Assembly: GCF_006345805.1 (NCBI RefSeq)
Contig: NC_043008.1
Span: 1,798,001-1,862,000 of the forward strand
Source of the DNA: Octopus sinensis
Lineage: Eukaryota
Direction of reading: 5' to 3'
Length of the DNA: 64,000 nucleotides
Shown: piece after piece, positions 14,928-28,020 of the stretch
Position numbering within the stretch: position 1 is the first letter of the stretch
Layout of the letters: each line of letters opens with the position of its first letter
Made by a program: the position numbers and the translations under genes
The notes under the pieces: generated by a model
Told to the model about the DNA's origin: nothing
Seen by the model: the letters and a program-made list of their open reading frames with translations, nothing else
The model's database searches: none

Positions 14928-15106
14928 ATGTATGTATGTATGTATGTATGTATGTATGTATGTATGTATGTATGTATGTATGAATGTGTGTATGTATGTA
15001 TGTATTTATGTATGTATGTATGTATGTATGTATGTATGTATGTATGTATGCATGTATGTATGTATGTGTGTAGGTATGTATGTATGTAGGTATGTATGCA
15101 TGTATG

Positions 15107-15136
<30 letters not shown>
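14928..15136. repeat. (ATGT)n tetranucleotide microsatellite
   Basis: Directly visible; similar tracts at 28715-28885 and 38090-38150. Confidence 0.95.
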
Positions 15137-15137
<1 letters not shown>

Positions 15138-17044
15138 TTTACAGCCTAGCGCGTTTTGTATCTACATTATGCGCCTTTTATTTTCCTAAAATATTCATTC
15201 GCAAATAGAATACACTATGAGGTCGGAACCTGAGACTGTTCAGTGTATTATAAAAAACTTCCTTAGATCAGCTTCTTTAAATAAGAAAATATTAACAGCT
15301 CCTTACATGAAATGATATTTTCTCTCTCTCATATATATATATATCAACTCGGACAAAAGAAACATTATTTATATTGATTCATCTTATTTTACTGTGTATA
15401 AATAAGAGGAACAGAAAGTGCCATCTAGAGGTGACAATGAGAAACTAAAAGATCATATAAACAGTTCAAATTCACTTATCTAAATTAGTTTATGGTTTAA
15501 AAGTGACACCCAATAATCAAACAAATCAATTGACACAGTCGCTTCATTAAAGAAAATCCGGCACCGTTATGCGTTATGTCCATTGATTGTTTTTGAGTAA
15601 TATATGCATGTTCATATATATATATATAATATATATATAATTATATGCATATATACATACATATATGTACATACATATGTATGTATATATATGCATATAT
15701 GGGCACAGGACATCAAAAGAACGTTGAACACAATGAGTAACGAAAACATAAATAAAAAAAAACATAGAAACGAACTTTGTTTTCGAACAACGAAAAAAAT
15801 CAAACGGAGGAACGAGACATTCAACATAATGAATATTCCCCTTCTTCCGTTGTCCCTGTGTACTGGTGTCGATCATGTTGACTGCCCCTCCGCCGTCCTA
15901 AAGATTGCGGGCATTGTGCCTAGATTAGAAATGAATATTGTAGAGATGTAGTCTGCATAAGATTATGTGAAACATACGTTTAACAGACATATGTTTACGG
16001 TTCTGTACAGTTACTAAATAGGAATTTCTATCGAAAGGCATTACTCATCCATTATATACTTAGTACTAAAATTAAAATTGTAACTCGGACGAAAGCTTAA
16101 ATCCGTTTCAATAAATGCATTTCATTTGATATAGAATTAGTAAAGAGATATATATTGCAACGTTATTTGGCATATGGCCGGATGTATCTTGAATGCCTTC
16201 AAATAATTTACAGGCTCCCGTATCCTTTTGCATCTTACATTGTGTTCGAATTACATAGAAATAAAATTTATTTGTGGGTTGAAATCAGCAAATTAAACAG
16301 ATGTGAACATCAAAAGCGTTAAACGATATTTGAATGTGATAATTATTCGGTTCATTCGTGTAGACACATTCAGATTTTTAATTTTAATTATACACAGAAC
16401 AGACTTTAGTATATATTCATTTGAACATAAAATATACAAAAGCATCAGTAAAACAGTTGTATTTGTGAGGTAGAACTCTTAAAATAACTGTATTTTCGAA
16501 GCCTATGGACATAATAAGCGTCCATTTCAATATGATTTATAGTGGATCCCACAATAAAACAGTTTGTCAGAAAGAGTCTAATATATGCAGATTTGATGGC
16601 AGTAATAAATGAGTAGTGAATGATGCAGAAGAAAATGACAAGCAACATTTCAGCAATTTGTCTTGTCAATGATGTTACATATATTATGTTTACTCTTATT
16701 TTTATAAAAAGACAAAACTAATATTCATGAAAATATGTAACACTTAAAATAGACGAAGCAATAAGATTTGAAGAAGAAAATGAAATAACGGCGCCAAAAA
16801 CAAATGGTGCCGGCAGGGACGATGCTCTATTCGTATGCAAAATACTAACAAAACTCAGAGTCAAAGACCGTAAAAGTAAGATGTTTGTCAAAAAGAAACA
16901 ACATTCTCAAACCATAATGAAATTCTTTAACAAATCCTAAACAATGAGATTACGCGATTGGTGCACGCCTCTGTTGGATCTATTCCATCTCTAACACATA
17001 TTTTTAAAGTATTTTTTTCTTTTACTAAACAGTTTGAAACTTCG

Positions 17045-17245
17045 TATACTGGTGGAATTTCTCACGTAGAACACGTCATGTTCGTAGTTGAGTGGTGATT
17101 ACTTCCAAGTCCACCAATTGCTTTTGCTATCACATCTACTCTCTTCTTGGAGCACAATCTGTCCTATCGGTATTATTGTCGATCCTTCACTTCATTTAAC
17201 TGGTCCTTAACGTTTGCTTCTGAGCTGCGTATGTGGGTGCTTCTA
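17045..17245 (-). mobile_element. Old R4/Dong-type LINE 3' fragment
   Basis: Minus strand RVDVIAKAIGGLGSN resembles the endonuclease C-terminus (KVxVxPIVIGALGTV) of the better-preserved copies. Confidence 0.4.
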
Positions 17246-17246
17246 C

Positions 17247-17263
17247 AATTATTATTATTATTA

Positions 17264-17296
<33 letters not shown>

Positions 17297-17303
17297 GATC
17301 ATG

Positions 17304-17360
<57 letters not shown>
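17247..17360. repeat. (TAT)n(CAT)n microsatellite abutting the LINE 3' end
   Basis: Directly visible; on the minus strand it is (ATG)n then (TAA)n. Confidence 0.95.
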
Positions 17361-18840
17361 GTCAGTGAACTAAGGTAAAACCCCATATTTTTAACACTAT
17401 CTGGAGCTGTTCCAATCAGTGCTGTTTTCTTCAAGTGCTCCATCCTTATTACAGCCCCTATTTGTCCCATGTACTTCTCAACATTTTCACTCATTGTTCG
17501 CAGGGCTCCAGTAATTATTATTACTACCACCACCTTCTTCAGGAAGCGTCACTTCTTAACTTCCCAAGTTAACCTGTCATATCTATCGAATTTTCTTTCT
17601 TCCTTATCGCATACCTTCTTCTCAACAAGGCATGCTGTATCAATGGTCCAGTGTCGTTTGATTTCTGTCTCAATTAAGAGTATATCTGGTTTCCTATTCT
17701 CTATCTCGTGGCTGCACCGAATCATAAAACCCCATAGGATCTTTGCTTTAACCTTTTCGATGAGGCATTCGGGTTAATGTTCTTACCACTATTTTTTTCT
17801 ATCAAGTCCATTCTTGTTGCAAAGTGCCCAATGGAAATCCTTGCTATATTGCCATGACATCCGTTCTGTTCCTTCTAGGCTAGTGGCGTACATTGACTGG
17901 TAACGACATACGATTTCACCAGTTTCAGTTACTGATGTGTTGTCTATTCTGCATTCGATGTAATTGGTTCTTAATGCCTGCTCCTAGGCAGCACAGTTCA
18001 TAGCCACCGTTTCTGGTTATCAAACACTTTTCGTCTTCCGTATCCATCTTTTTTATCTGTCTGTCTTATCTTCAACAACCTATGCTATGTTGTTTTCTTC
18101 TGCTTTAGTACTGTGATCGCAGCCAATCACTCCTTTCCCCCACCGTCTTTTCTTGGTACATACACCCTCTCTGTGTCACTTTTTGGGTGAAGTATCCCAT
18201 ATCTAGTCACCAACCTCCTTGTCTTTTTCTCTAAGCTGTTTACTTCGTCTACTGTCCATGCCATTACGTATGCTCCATGTCTAAGGAATGAAAACACCCA
18301 GGTGTTCAAAACTTCTATCTTACTCTGTCAGTCTCAGTCTCAGTCTGCGAAAGTACTCCACCTTAAATATTTCTCTCATTTCTTTCCCCATTAGTTTATC
18401 CATTTCCCAAATCCCCAAGTACTTATATCCCGTCTCTTCTACCTGCTTCATAACCTCCCCCGACGACATCGTTAGCCCATCCATACATTTGATTTTGCCT
18501 CTCTTCAATACTAACACACCATTCGGATATCAGCACTGAAGGTATACAACGTAACAGCGAGGGAACTGACTTGGGCTCCATCTTCACTATAAAGTTTGAG
18601 GTCATCCATGAATAACAAATGATTGACCTTTTGTTGGCGGCTTTTGAATACATACGCAGCCTTTGTTTCCTCAGAATCAGTGTTAATGTTATCACGCACA
18701 GTACAAAGATCACTGGGGACAGGCAGACCCCTTGGAAGATGCCCATCCTAATTTAGACTGTCCCTAAGCTTCTTCCATATGCTTTCAGGTCCGTCCTCCA
18801 ATACGTCATTCATTGTCCTAGCGATCGCTCAACATTCATC
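17361..18840 (-). mobile_element. R4/Dong-type LINE, 5'-truncated and internally deleted, frameshifted
   Basis: RT motifs GIFQGxCLSP, NHLLFMDDLKLY, GYKYLGI and LHPKSDTERVYVPRKDGG; C-terminus VVVIIITGALRT...EHLKKTALIGTA. Confidence 0.9.
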
Positions 18841-19462
18841 AGAATGAAAATAACTGTACATATATATGTTTGAATATATGTGTTCTTGTTATATATCACA
18901 CTTAAACACAAACATTTTTATTCTGATGTTTAATCTTATATCTCACATTCTGTATTTGACATTTACTTGATTTTACAAGATTGATATATATACAAATTCA
19001 TATTTATATTTAATTTTAATTCGTAATATTAAAAAGTATCATTTTTATCCTTAATTCTGAATTTTTAATGCTTAATTGTAGTGTTTATTTTTAAAGGGAT
19101 GTAAAATTAGATATATAATATGTCGAAATTGAACTTGAAAATGTGTTGGAATAATTGTAAATCTGACGATTGCATATATGTATTTATATATGTATATATG
19201 TGAGTATACAGTTGTCTATACGTGTATAAATTGTAACCGTCTAATACTGAAACACGTGTAGCTCCTTCATATTATACACCCTGCTGGGAATTTTGGATAT
19301 GTCCTTTAAGTATAATTTCGTGTTGTGCAAACTGATACCATGAGTTTACAGTCACATATACTCATTTCGTTATTTTTGTTTTATCTGAAATAGAATAATA
19401 GAATACCTGCATATCGATTAATCCACAAAATTGAATTATACATACATACATACATATATATA

Positions 19463-19539
<77 letters not shown>

Positions 19540-21454
19540 TCATTTGTTCATTTATATACATTATATAGGGCATTATTTAGTTTCTTCAGACTGTTTGTTA
19601 TATTCGTGCAAAAATTTAATTTTGATGTTGCTTTGTTAGAATGTAAGTTTATCTGGCAATTATTTACTTGCTTTCGTTAAATCCTTAAAAACAAACCGCA
19701 CAACCACGTCGGTATTCACGACTAATATGTGTCCAATAATTATAGTTTCATTTCTGATTGCTGTTATTTTATTATTTCTTTCAACCCTGTAAAAGCCGTT
19801 CCTGTAGAAAATACACGTATTTTCTTAACGTAACTAATCATGCTATCAGTGTTATCTGACATCCATGTTACCTAATATTTCTTATTCCTAATTACACTTC
19901 TACATACGTTCCCGTGCAATCTATTATCTCTCAGCTACATTGTATTGAGCATACATTATTCGCAGGTTTCATATCCTCTCTTTCTTTAAATATATTTATT
20001 TTTCACGTAAACTTATCCATCTAACGTTATTCTTCGATTTACATTTCTTTCAGCTCGTAAATATATCATGATACTTTTAATATTTATTACGTCGTTATCT
20101 TCAGTCTAACGTCACAGAATATTAAATACATTAAGATGGAATGATATCATTCAATTTAAATAATCCACCCTGACTGGATCTTTCATGGAAGCTCAAAATT
20201 ACCTATCCAGCTACCAAATGAATTTGTTGTTCCTTTACATAACGACTCAATATAACATGAAACTTGTTCATTTCCTTCTTAGTATTATCTCATATCTATC
20301 TTAATTCACCTTTTCGATAAATTTATAGAATCTACCTTCCTGCCATTGGGTATCCCATCAGAGCTACACGTTTCATTATTTTAGATCTTCTACACATACG
20401 CTAACATACTAAATATATTCTAAGAAAAACTGACCGGTCAAGATATAAATAAATCAACCTAACAATGCCCCCCCCCTATATTATGCTGATATATTATTGA
20501 ACTTAATATTAGTCAATTTCGGTAGAATATCCGTGTCTCTTGAGATCCATGAGGATTGAATATCCATTTTTCTTCTGGTGTCTGATAATGATATTTGAAA
20601 GTTGTCTCAATTAGTGGGTGTCATATAATTAGGAAAAATGCACCCAACATAAAAATGTGCCCTTGTATAAATCCCCTATATAATATAGCTATTCTATTAC
20701 TATTTCTCTGTTCATTACAACGGCAAACTTTCTAAATTACTTTCAATTTTTCCGGATTTCGACTTTAGATTTCTCTTTAGCTGTCCGTGGGCAACAGTAA
20801 AGAGTCAATTCAGTTTTTACTTCTTTATACTTTGTTGAAAATTCTGAATTTTGTAGCTTTTAAATATATATTAAAATATTAAGAAAAGTGTATTCGCCAA
20901 GACCTAAGTACTTACTGGAGTTGCTGAGTGAGGAGAGCGAGGATACTTTGTGGTTGGAAAGTATCGATGGCTGGTGTCTGAAACGTGCGTCCGGGAAACA
21001 TATTGCCGTTACATCATGAATCAACTCGATGTAATTTAGTGACATATACAAAAGAAAACCTGGTATAAACTCTGCTGATGCAATGGAAATCTAAGCGGGA
21101 ACTCTCGCTCACCTGAATTATACAAATACATAATGGCCAGAAACTAAAGCACTTCATTGGCCTACCGCACTTTATATATTTTTATTCTTTAATTCCAAAC
21201 TAAATTAACCACGGCACAATCAGAAATTTACGATTAGTGATAAACAAAACAACGAGAATTCATTTAACGCTAGAGTTTTACAGATAGCACTTCATAAATA
21301 TTTAAGCCACGAATAAATTTAAAACCTGCTTTCACAAAAAAACCTCTAATGAAACACACCAAAGAAATTTGGAATTCCCAAAATTACAGACAGATATGTA
21401 ATTTTGTAGTCTACGAACAGTGACATGTAAAACCATAAATTTGACAAAGATGTG

Positions 21455-21595
21455 AAGGCACATGACTCAGTAGTTAGTGTGTTGGGTTTACAAACATGAG
21501 AGAGTGAGTTCGATTCCTGGACTAGACAATGCAAAATTTTCTTGAGTAAGACACTTTATTTCATGTACACTCATCTGTTGAAATGAACTGGCGCG
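21455..21595 (+). mobile_element. tRNA-derived SINE (second family, diverged)
   Basis: ggcacatgactcagtagttag (A box), gagttcgattcc (B box) and ttcttgagtaagacactttatttca core. Confidence 0.6.
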
Positions 21596-23329
21596 AAACG
21601 GTATAGGTCTTTTACTTACTTTTGGATACCATCACTAGAAATGGTAGGTGTCTTATCCTGCACAGCTCCTAGTATCATCTATTGACGGCAATGGAGTCCT
21701 GCGAATCTTACTTCATTCAGGTCCGGTTGATATTCAATAAAAACAGTCACGATGCAAAAAGGTTTGAATTACATTTTAACAGTTTGAACATCCAGAGAAA
21801 ACGCAGAAAATAAATACACTGATGCACCCGTTTAGTGCAAGTATTTACATTGATGTGTACAGTAGGACGTAAACTAACTTGTAACAATCAAATGTTTACA
21901 TTTTTTCAGACGATAGTTGCGTGTCTTAGGGAAATCTCGGTGAGGATTTGAGTAAAGATCTACAACAAAAGCAATAACACGAGATTCCGAGCAAATGTTA
22001 ATAACAAGAACCATGGCAGATACTTGTACAATTAAAATTTTTTTGCTGAAAGTAGAATTCTGCAATAGATGTCAGATTGTTTTTAAGAACTGGAAGGAAT
22101 GAGAGATAGTCGCAGTTTATGAAGCGCAGTTTTCTCACTAGATGGCGGGTTCCAGCCAATTTTAAAATTCCAAGCCTATGTATATACAGGTATAATATTC
22201 TTTTTCTTTTGTTTTATTTATTAATTTTTTTTGCTGTTTATCATTGTAATTGATAAAAGTCTGTTCTTTTCCATTCTGCATTTGACAATATTTTCTGAGC
22301 GAATTTCCATTATTTTCTTGATAGTTGGAATGTTCTCTTCCATATGTTTATTTTATAAACTACAGTATTCTAAATTATAAACTCAAACCGGAGTTAATGA
22401 GTTGCCGCATGAGGAAGTATGAAAAACAGTGTATAATTAAATAAGTAAGACTGAACATATAAGAAAGAATTATTTAAATTCAAGTTGTTTGAAGAATCAA
22501 ATGTTGATTGAGGTTTTCAACAGTGATAATTCATGAATAAGATGCAAGAGAAACAAGAGAAAGTTTATAAAGAAAGTATTAGGTAAAATTATATCGATTC
22601 TAGGTTGTCTAAGTATATATTATTATTTGTCATCCATATGTGTATTCTCAGACGGAAGGAGGGATGCGAGTGCATGCATGATATTCTGTTCACAATAAAA
22701 AATATATTGTTATATTTGGGGATGGCCATCCATTTTATATATTTAGTCAAATAAACACATGCACTATACATTCGTTCTTCACTCGTATATTACTGTTCGT
22801 TTATTATCTTAAAGCCTTTCGTTACATGTCTGTAACCTCTTAGAGGCCCTACTCTTTCACGTGTAACCACCTATTCCGTTTAATCCAACAGAATGACCAT
22901 CCTGAAATATATATTTAAAAAACCATCTATTTTAACACACAGCTTCACATCAGGAATCTTGCTACGCTAATTCATAAAACAGATACAAAGTTATTATACT
23001 AAAAGATAACTGAGAGTATGTTCCGCACATAGAATATCGACACGCGCATGTACCAATAGTTCTGTGCTTTCAAATATATAAATATGCTTAGTTTTGTAGA
23101 GATACATGTGAACACATCATAAGTCTGTATGTGAATATGGTTTGCTTCGGCGGTGCGAATAGGAAACTTTTCATGTGTGTGAGAAATGCTTGTTTTTCTG
23201 TTCGTGTTTTTCTTTTTGTGCCTTTTATGTACGAAAAACAGTGTGCGTGTGTGCATTTTTGTTACTGTTGGTGGTTTACAGAAATTCCGAGTTATCGTTG
23301 ATTGGAGATCATTCATTGCTTAAGGTCTA

Positions 23330-24105
23330 CAAGACAAGCACTGTATTCATGGTGTCAATGGCATCAATGAAGGCTCTAATTGGTGCTGCTCAAGAGAAAG
23401 CATTAAGGAAGAAGTACAACAAATACACAACACACAATACATTAGAAAGTGATAATTCCAGAATTTGTGGACAAATTGGTGAAATTGTATGGCGTATTAC
23501 CAGTCAATGTACGCCACTAGCCCAGAAAGAATATAAGAGACGTCATGTCAATATAGCAATGATTTTCCATTGGACACGATGCAACAAGTATGGACTTGGC
23601 AGAGCAAAAACGTGGTAGGAATATAAATAAGGAGGAATCATCGAAAATGATAATGCAAAGACCCTATTGAATTTTATGATTCAGTGCAAACATAAGATTG
23701 AAAATAGGCAACCAGACACAGTTTTAATTGGGGAAGAAAGCAAACGATGCTGGACCATAGATATAGCATGCCCAGCTGACAAAAAGTTATGCGATATGGA
23801 AGAAAAGTCGATAGATATAACAGGTTAGCTTGGGAGGTTAAACAGTTGAGGTCGCTGAAAATAGTGGTAGTACTGCCAATAATTGCCGGAGCCCTGGGAA
23901 CAGTGAGTAAAAACTTTCACAGGTACATGAAACAAAAAGGGGCTGTAATAAGGAGGAAGCACTTGCAGAAAACAGCAGTGCTTAGAACCGCTCGAATCCT
24001 CCGAATAGTGTACGAAATATGAGGGGGGTTCACTGGTAGTGAACATATGACATCATAGTAATCTCCAGCATTAGAAGCTGTGCAAAGACGATAAAATGAT
24101 AATTT
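23330..24105 (+). mobile_element. R4/Dong-type LINE 3' portion (zinc knuckle, endonuclease, 3' UTR)
   Basis: AAQEKALR...RICGQIGEIVWRITSQCTPLAQKEYKRRH (decayed CCHC); RQPDTVLI...CWTIDIACPAD (PD..D nuclease); IIAGALGTVSKN...LQKTAVLRTARILR. Confidence 0.9.
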
Positions 24106-24169
24106 TTCTATAATCACTAGGGGTTTAAAAAAAGCTAAGGTTACAGGGCACTACAATGTGGGGATACAT

Positions 24170-24450
24170 AAAAAGCGTGTCAAAATTTAAAAAAATGGGT
24201 CATTATATAAACTTATCCTAATAATTCCGCAATTGATGGAGTCTCCGTAACGCTGCTCGTCGGATCCTCACAAAACGGCGGTCACCCTGCCTACCATAGC
24301 GAGTCGTTGCCAATGAAGACAGGGCGATCCCTCCATATCATCCTATCCTCCTTCAAACTACAGGTGCATGGCTAGAATAAACTTGTTCACTGGGACCTGT
24401 TTTGCCACATTCACCCAGATTTCGTTTATCCACCTCTGAAAAATAACTGG
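24170..24450 (-). mobile_element. Possible mariner remnant
   Basis: Minus strand FEGG*DDMEGSPC weakly resembles FxxGRxxxEDxxRSGRP; heavily decayed. Confidence 0.25.
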
Positions 24451-24724
24451 GCTTCTGTCAAAATTAAAAGGAATATTATATAAATTGTATCCATGGAAGT
24501 TTTGTCTTCATATGCAATTCATTTAATTTATATATTGCAAAATGCATTTCAATTACCCTCTTAGTTTTTATCCTATGTTTTAATCTTGACCTCATATTTT
24601 CTACGTGTGCTTGTAGATTGCTGTACACTTTCAGCCGTTGTGTTTAAAAAAAAAAAAATTGAAGAATATTAACATAGTTACATTTAATTATTTTTATTAG
24701 AAATATTAGATGTAACACGAGTAT

Positions 24725-24860
24725 GACCAGGCGACAGTATTGTTAACGAATGGGAAAATTGTTTTTCTAGCGGCATTTCTTGCTAAAGTTTTACATTCTG
24801 AATTCTAATTCCGTTGAAGTCGTTCTGCTTTTCCTCTGCCGCAGTTGATAAAATGATTAA
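24725..24860 (+). mobile_element. Diverged tRNA-derived SINE
   Basis: gcggcatttc...ttctgaattctaattccgttgaagtcg...gataaaat aligns loosely with the 25430 copy. Confidence 0.4.
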
Positions 24861-25429
24861 CTGTGAACGACTGAGTTGGATGCAATCATTCTAACCCTTC
24901 CCTCATAGAATGTGTTGCTTTGTGCGAGGATTCGAAACCGTTCTTAATTTTACTAGAATTAGTAGAAGGAGGAAGAGAATTTCAGTTGTAGAAGCAGCTG
25001 TGTTTATTTGTTGTGGTTGTGGCATCGATTGTTTTATTATTATTATTATTGTTGTTGTTATTACTATAATTAGTTATTATTGTTATTGTTGTTGTTGTAT
25101 TATTTTAATAGTAGTAGGACAGAAGATATTAATTGTTGCAGCAATTGTGGCAATTACAATTGGTTTTATTCTCGTTACTTAACAAAAATCCTAATTAACA
25201 AACGGTAATGGAAGCCCTATCATGCTTCGGAAAAGAAATACAATTATCTCAAAAGCAACTGACGCCAGTGTTCTATCGATATTTCTTCTTTCTTTTATTC
25301 TCTCCTTTCTTCTTTCCTTCTTTCTTTCATTTTATTATATTTTGTTTCTTATTTCTTATTTTATTTTTGTCTATTTTGGAGGAAATCGACATATCTGTTG
25401 CACGTTGCAAGTATATATTATTCTGCTTT

Positions 25430-25664
25430 AAGGCGCTGAGCTGGCAGAAGCGTTAGCACTCAGGGCGAAATGCGTAGGCGTATTTAGTATGTCGGTACGT
25501 TCCGAGTTCAAATTCCGCAGAGGTCGACTTTGCCTTTCATCCTTTCGGGGTCGATAAATTAAGTACCAGTTACGCACTGGGGTCGATGTAATCGACTTAA
25601 TCTGTCTGTCTGTCCTTGTTTGTCCCTCTGTGTTTAGCGTCTTGTTGGTAGTAAAAAAAAAATA
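25430..25664 (+). mobile_element. Full-length Octopus-type tRNA-derived SINE with an 18-bp target-site duplication
   Basis: A box (agctggcagaagcgttag), B box (gagttcaaattcc), conserved body and A-rich tail. The identical sequence tatatattattctgcttt lies at 25412-25429 and 25665-25682. Confidence 0.9.
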
Positions 25665-27249
25665 TATATATTATTCTGCTTTCAGATACGTGTCGACTAC
25701 TCTACAATGTAGAACGCAGAATGCACTATCGTTTGCAGTTAGGAAATATGTTCCGTGTTTGGTAATATTCTTTATTGTTCCGTTTACTTTTGTTATCGGT
25801 GTTTTTAATTTTATTAAAATTTACTTGAGGTCATGCTAACCATCTTCATAAATTGAACGAGACATATCTTATACGACAAAAAATTAAATAAACAAATAAA
25901 CGAAAAGAAAATAAACCACGACAGGCATGATTCCAAGACTAAACTAACAAATGTGTGTAATTGAATATTATTGAATTTCTAAATTAATTTCAAAATTATT
26001 AACATATTCTGCCAGTATGGAATTAAAGAACTTCCTAATTCTATGTGTCATTTTACACGTGAAATATTTATTTTATTTTGCTCAATTTTTTCACTGTCTT
26101 TTTGTTTAATTGGCACATCACTTATTATTGTTTCCATTTTCTTTTACTTGGAACTTCCAATCTGAAATTATATTTGAAATGACATAATACAAAAAGACAC
26201 AAGACAAAAGAAAATGAAAATCAAGCGGATTTATTACTCTATGTTTATTTTATTATCTTCACTGTTTTGTTTGTTTAATATACCGATTTTTCCCTTTTAC
26301 AAATTTGATAGCCAGTCTTCTACACTCACTCCGTCGACAAAGCAACTTCTAATTTATCTTCCTTTAGTATGCAAATTATCATCAAAGATTTGTTTTGCAA
26401 AGCAGAATATTATTGATTGTGAAATATGATATTCCGAAAGCTTGTTGATAGAATATGATTTTCTCGGCCAATAGAACAATTGATGAATTTTGCCTCCCTA
26501 ACCTTAACTATATTGATACTCATTTATCAAATTCCTGTTTCTTATTCAATTTTAAAATCATTTCTCAGTTTTTGTTCCTCATATGAGACTCTTGGGAACT
26601 TGAACGACCTCGAAGGTGATATTTGATGAGGTGATATAAAGAAATGGAAGATATCTATGTTTAGAGATAATTTGAAAATGAGTTAGTTACAATACTTAAC
26701 GTTGCTTAATTCTTTGGCCGAACTATCCTCGTGTGTAATGCGCATGCTATTAATTATTTACACGTTTTGTAATAGAACTGAAAGCTGTTAATATTTTACA
26801 CCACCAATCCGGCGGCGCTGTTGCTGTTATAGATGCTGCCGCCTGCAGTGAAAATGATGATAGTGATGGTGGTAATGATGATGATGATGACAATGACGAC
26901 GGCGATGACTTTGTTCTATTGATATTGCTGTTCCGACTCCTGTTGTCATTAATATTCGTTCGCTATAGAGTATAAATGATAAAGCAGGTGAAATGATGAA
27001 ATCCGACACGAATAAACATTTCTGTAGATCCTTCCGAATTCAGTAATGTGGAAATGTGTCATGGATAACCTAAACATTATGAACTGGATCAGATCTTGGT
27101 TTAGAATGCATTAATTGTACGGCAAACAGACATCGTTTAGAAGCTTTAAACCATATGGTCATTTGTATATATATACTTGCTTCAATTCATATCAATAGCA
27201 ATATTCATTACCTAAAAAGAAACAAGAAATTTGAGCGGAAATAGGATCG

Positions 27250-28020
27250 GACGCTGGGGTTTAATTTACCGTCTCCATCAACAACCGGGGGCCGCACGCG
27301 GCCAAGAATGCCAACTTTTTCGGCATTGATGGAGAAACAGCCGGAGCTGGATGGTCTAACCTATGGGCTTTATTTTTATAAACCAGAAGATGTTCCCAGC
27401 TTCTAAGAAGGTAGCTTACTCCATCATGTGATAGACCGAAGGAGAACCCTGTACTGCGAAGCGTGTAATGGTGGTTTTGTTGAGAAAGAGCCACAACGAT
27501 GTGCATAATATTGATAACTTTAGAGCCGTGAGTCTGCTAAATGCAGAGTTGAGGGTTTTGAATATCGTGTTAAGCAACAAGTTGATTTTTGTCGTCGATA
27601 TTCTTGAAGTTGATAGATGAATATGTCCTGTCCCAAGGAAACCTATTTCCGATGAGCAGAACACTACGTAATACATTGTATAAGCAATGGGTAAGTAACC
27701 GCGTTTGGGTGGGTCCCCGTTTACTTAAATCAGTGAAAATCGTTCGACTGGTCGTGTATAAACGCCATGTTTTGGTTGGCTAATCAGGGTTTGCTTTGCT
27801 GCAATGTGCAGAGACATCTACTTCGAGGGTCTGAAAACGTAGCCATCTAACGGAACAACTGGATATTATACGTTTCATCCGACAAGGTTAGCTTGTCACG
27901 AAAATATAGCTCAATTTAAAGGATTCTATGAGCGTCCCGCATGAATTAGGACACAGCGTATGTGTACATCGTTATCGTATGTCGGACAACAAACACATCA
28001 ATGTGATCGGCACCGCTCCT
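27250..28020 (+). mobile_element. Tx1/L1-clade LINE RT remnant
   Basis: PELDGLTYGLYF (SPGxDGL motif), FRAVSLLNAELRVLNIVLSNKL (YRPISLLN motif) and SDNKHINVIGTA, with many stops and frameshifts. Confidence 0.75.

Noticed and set aside
16753-16875. 123-nt open frame between AG and GTaaga
   Set aside because: The acceptor is purine-rich and weak, the peptide is unrecognisable, and the opposite strand is equally open.
25430-25520. tRNA-like A and B boxes
   Set aside because: This is a SINE head with a family body, tail and TSD, not a tRNA gene; no cloverleaf is evident.
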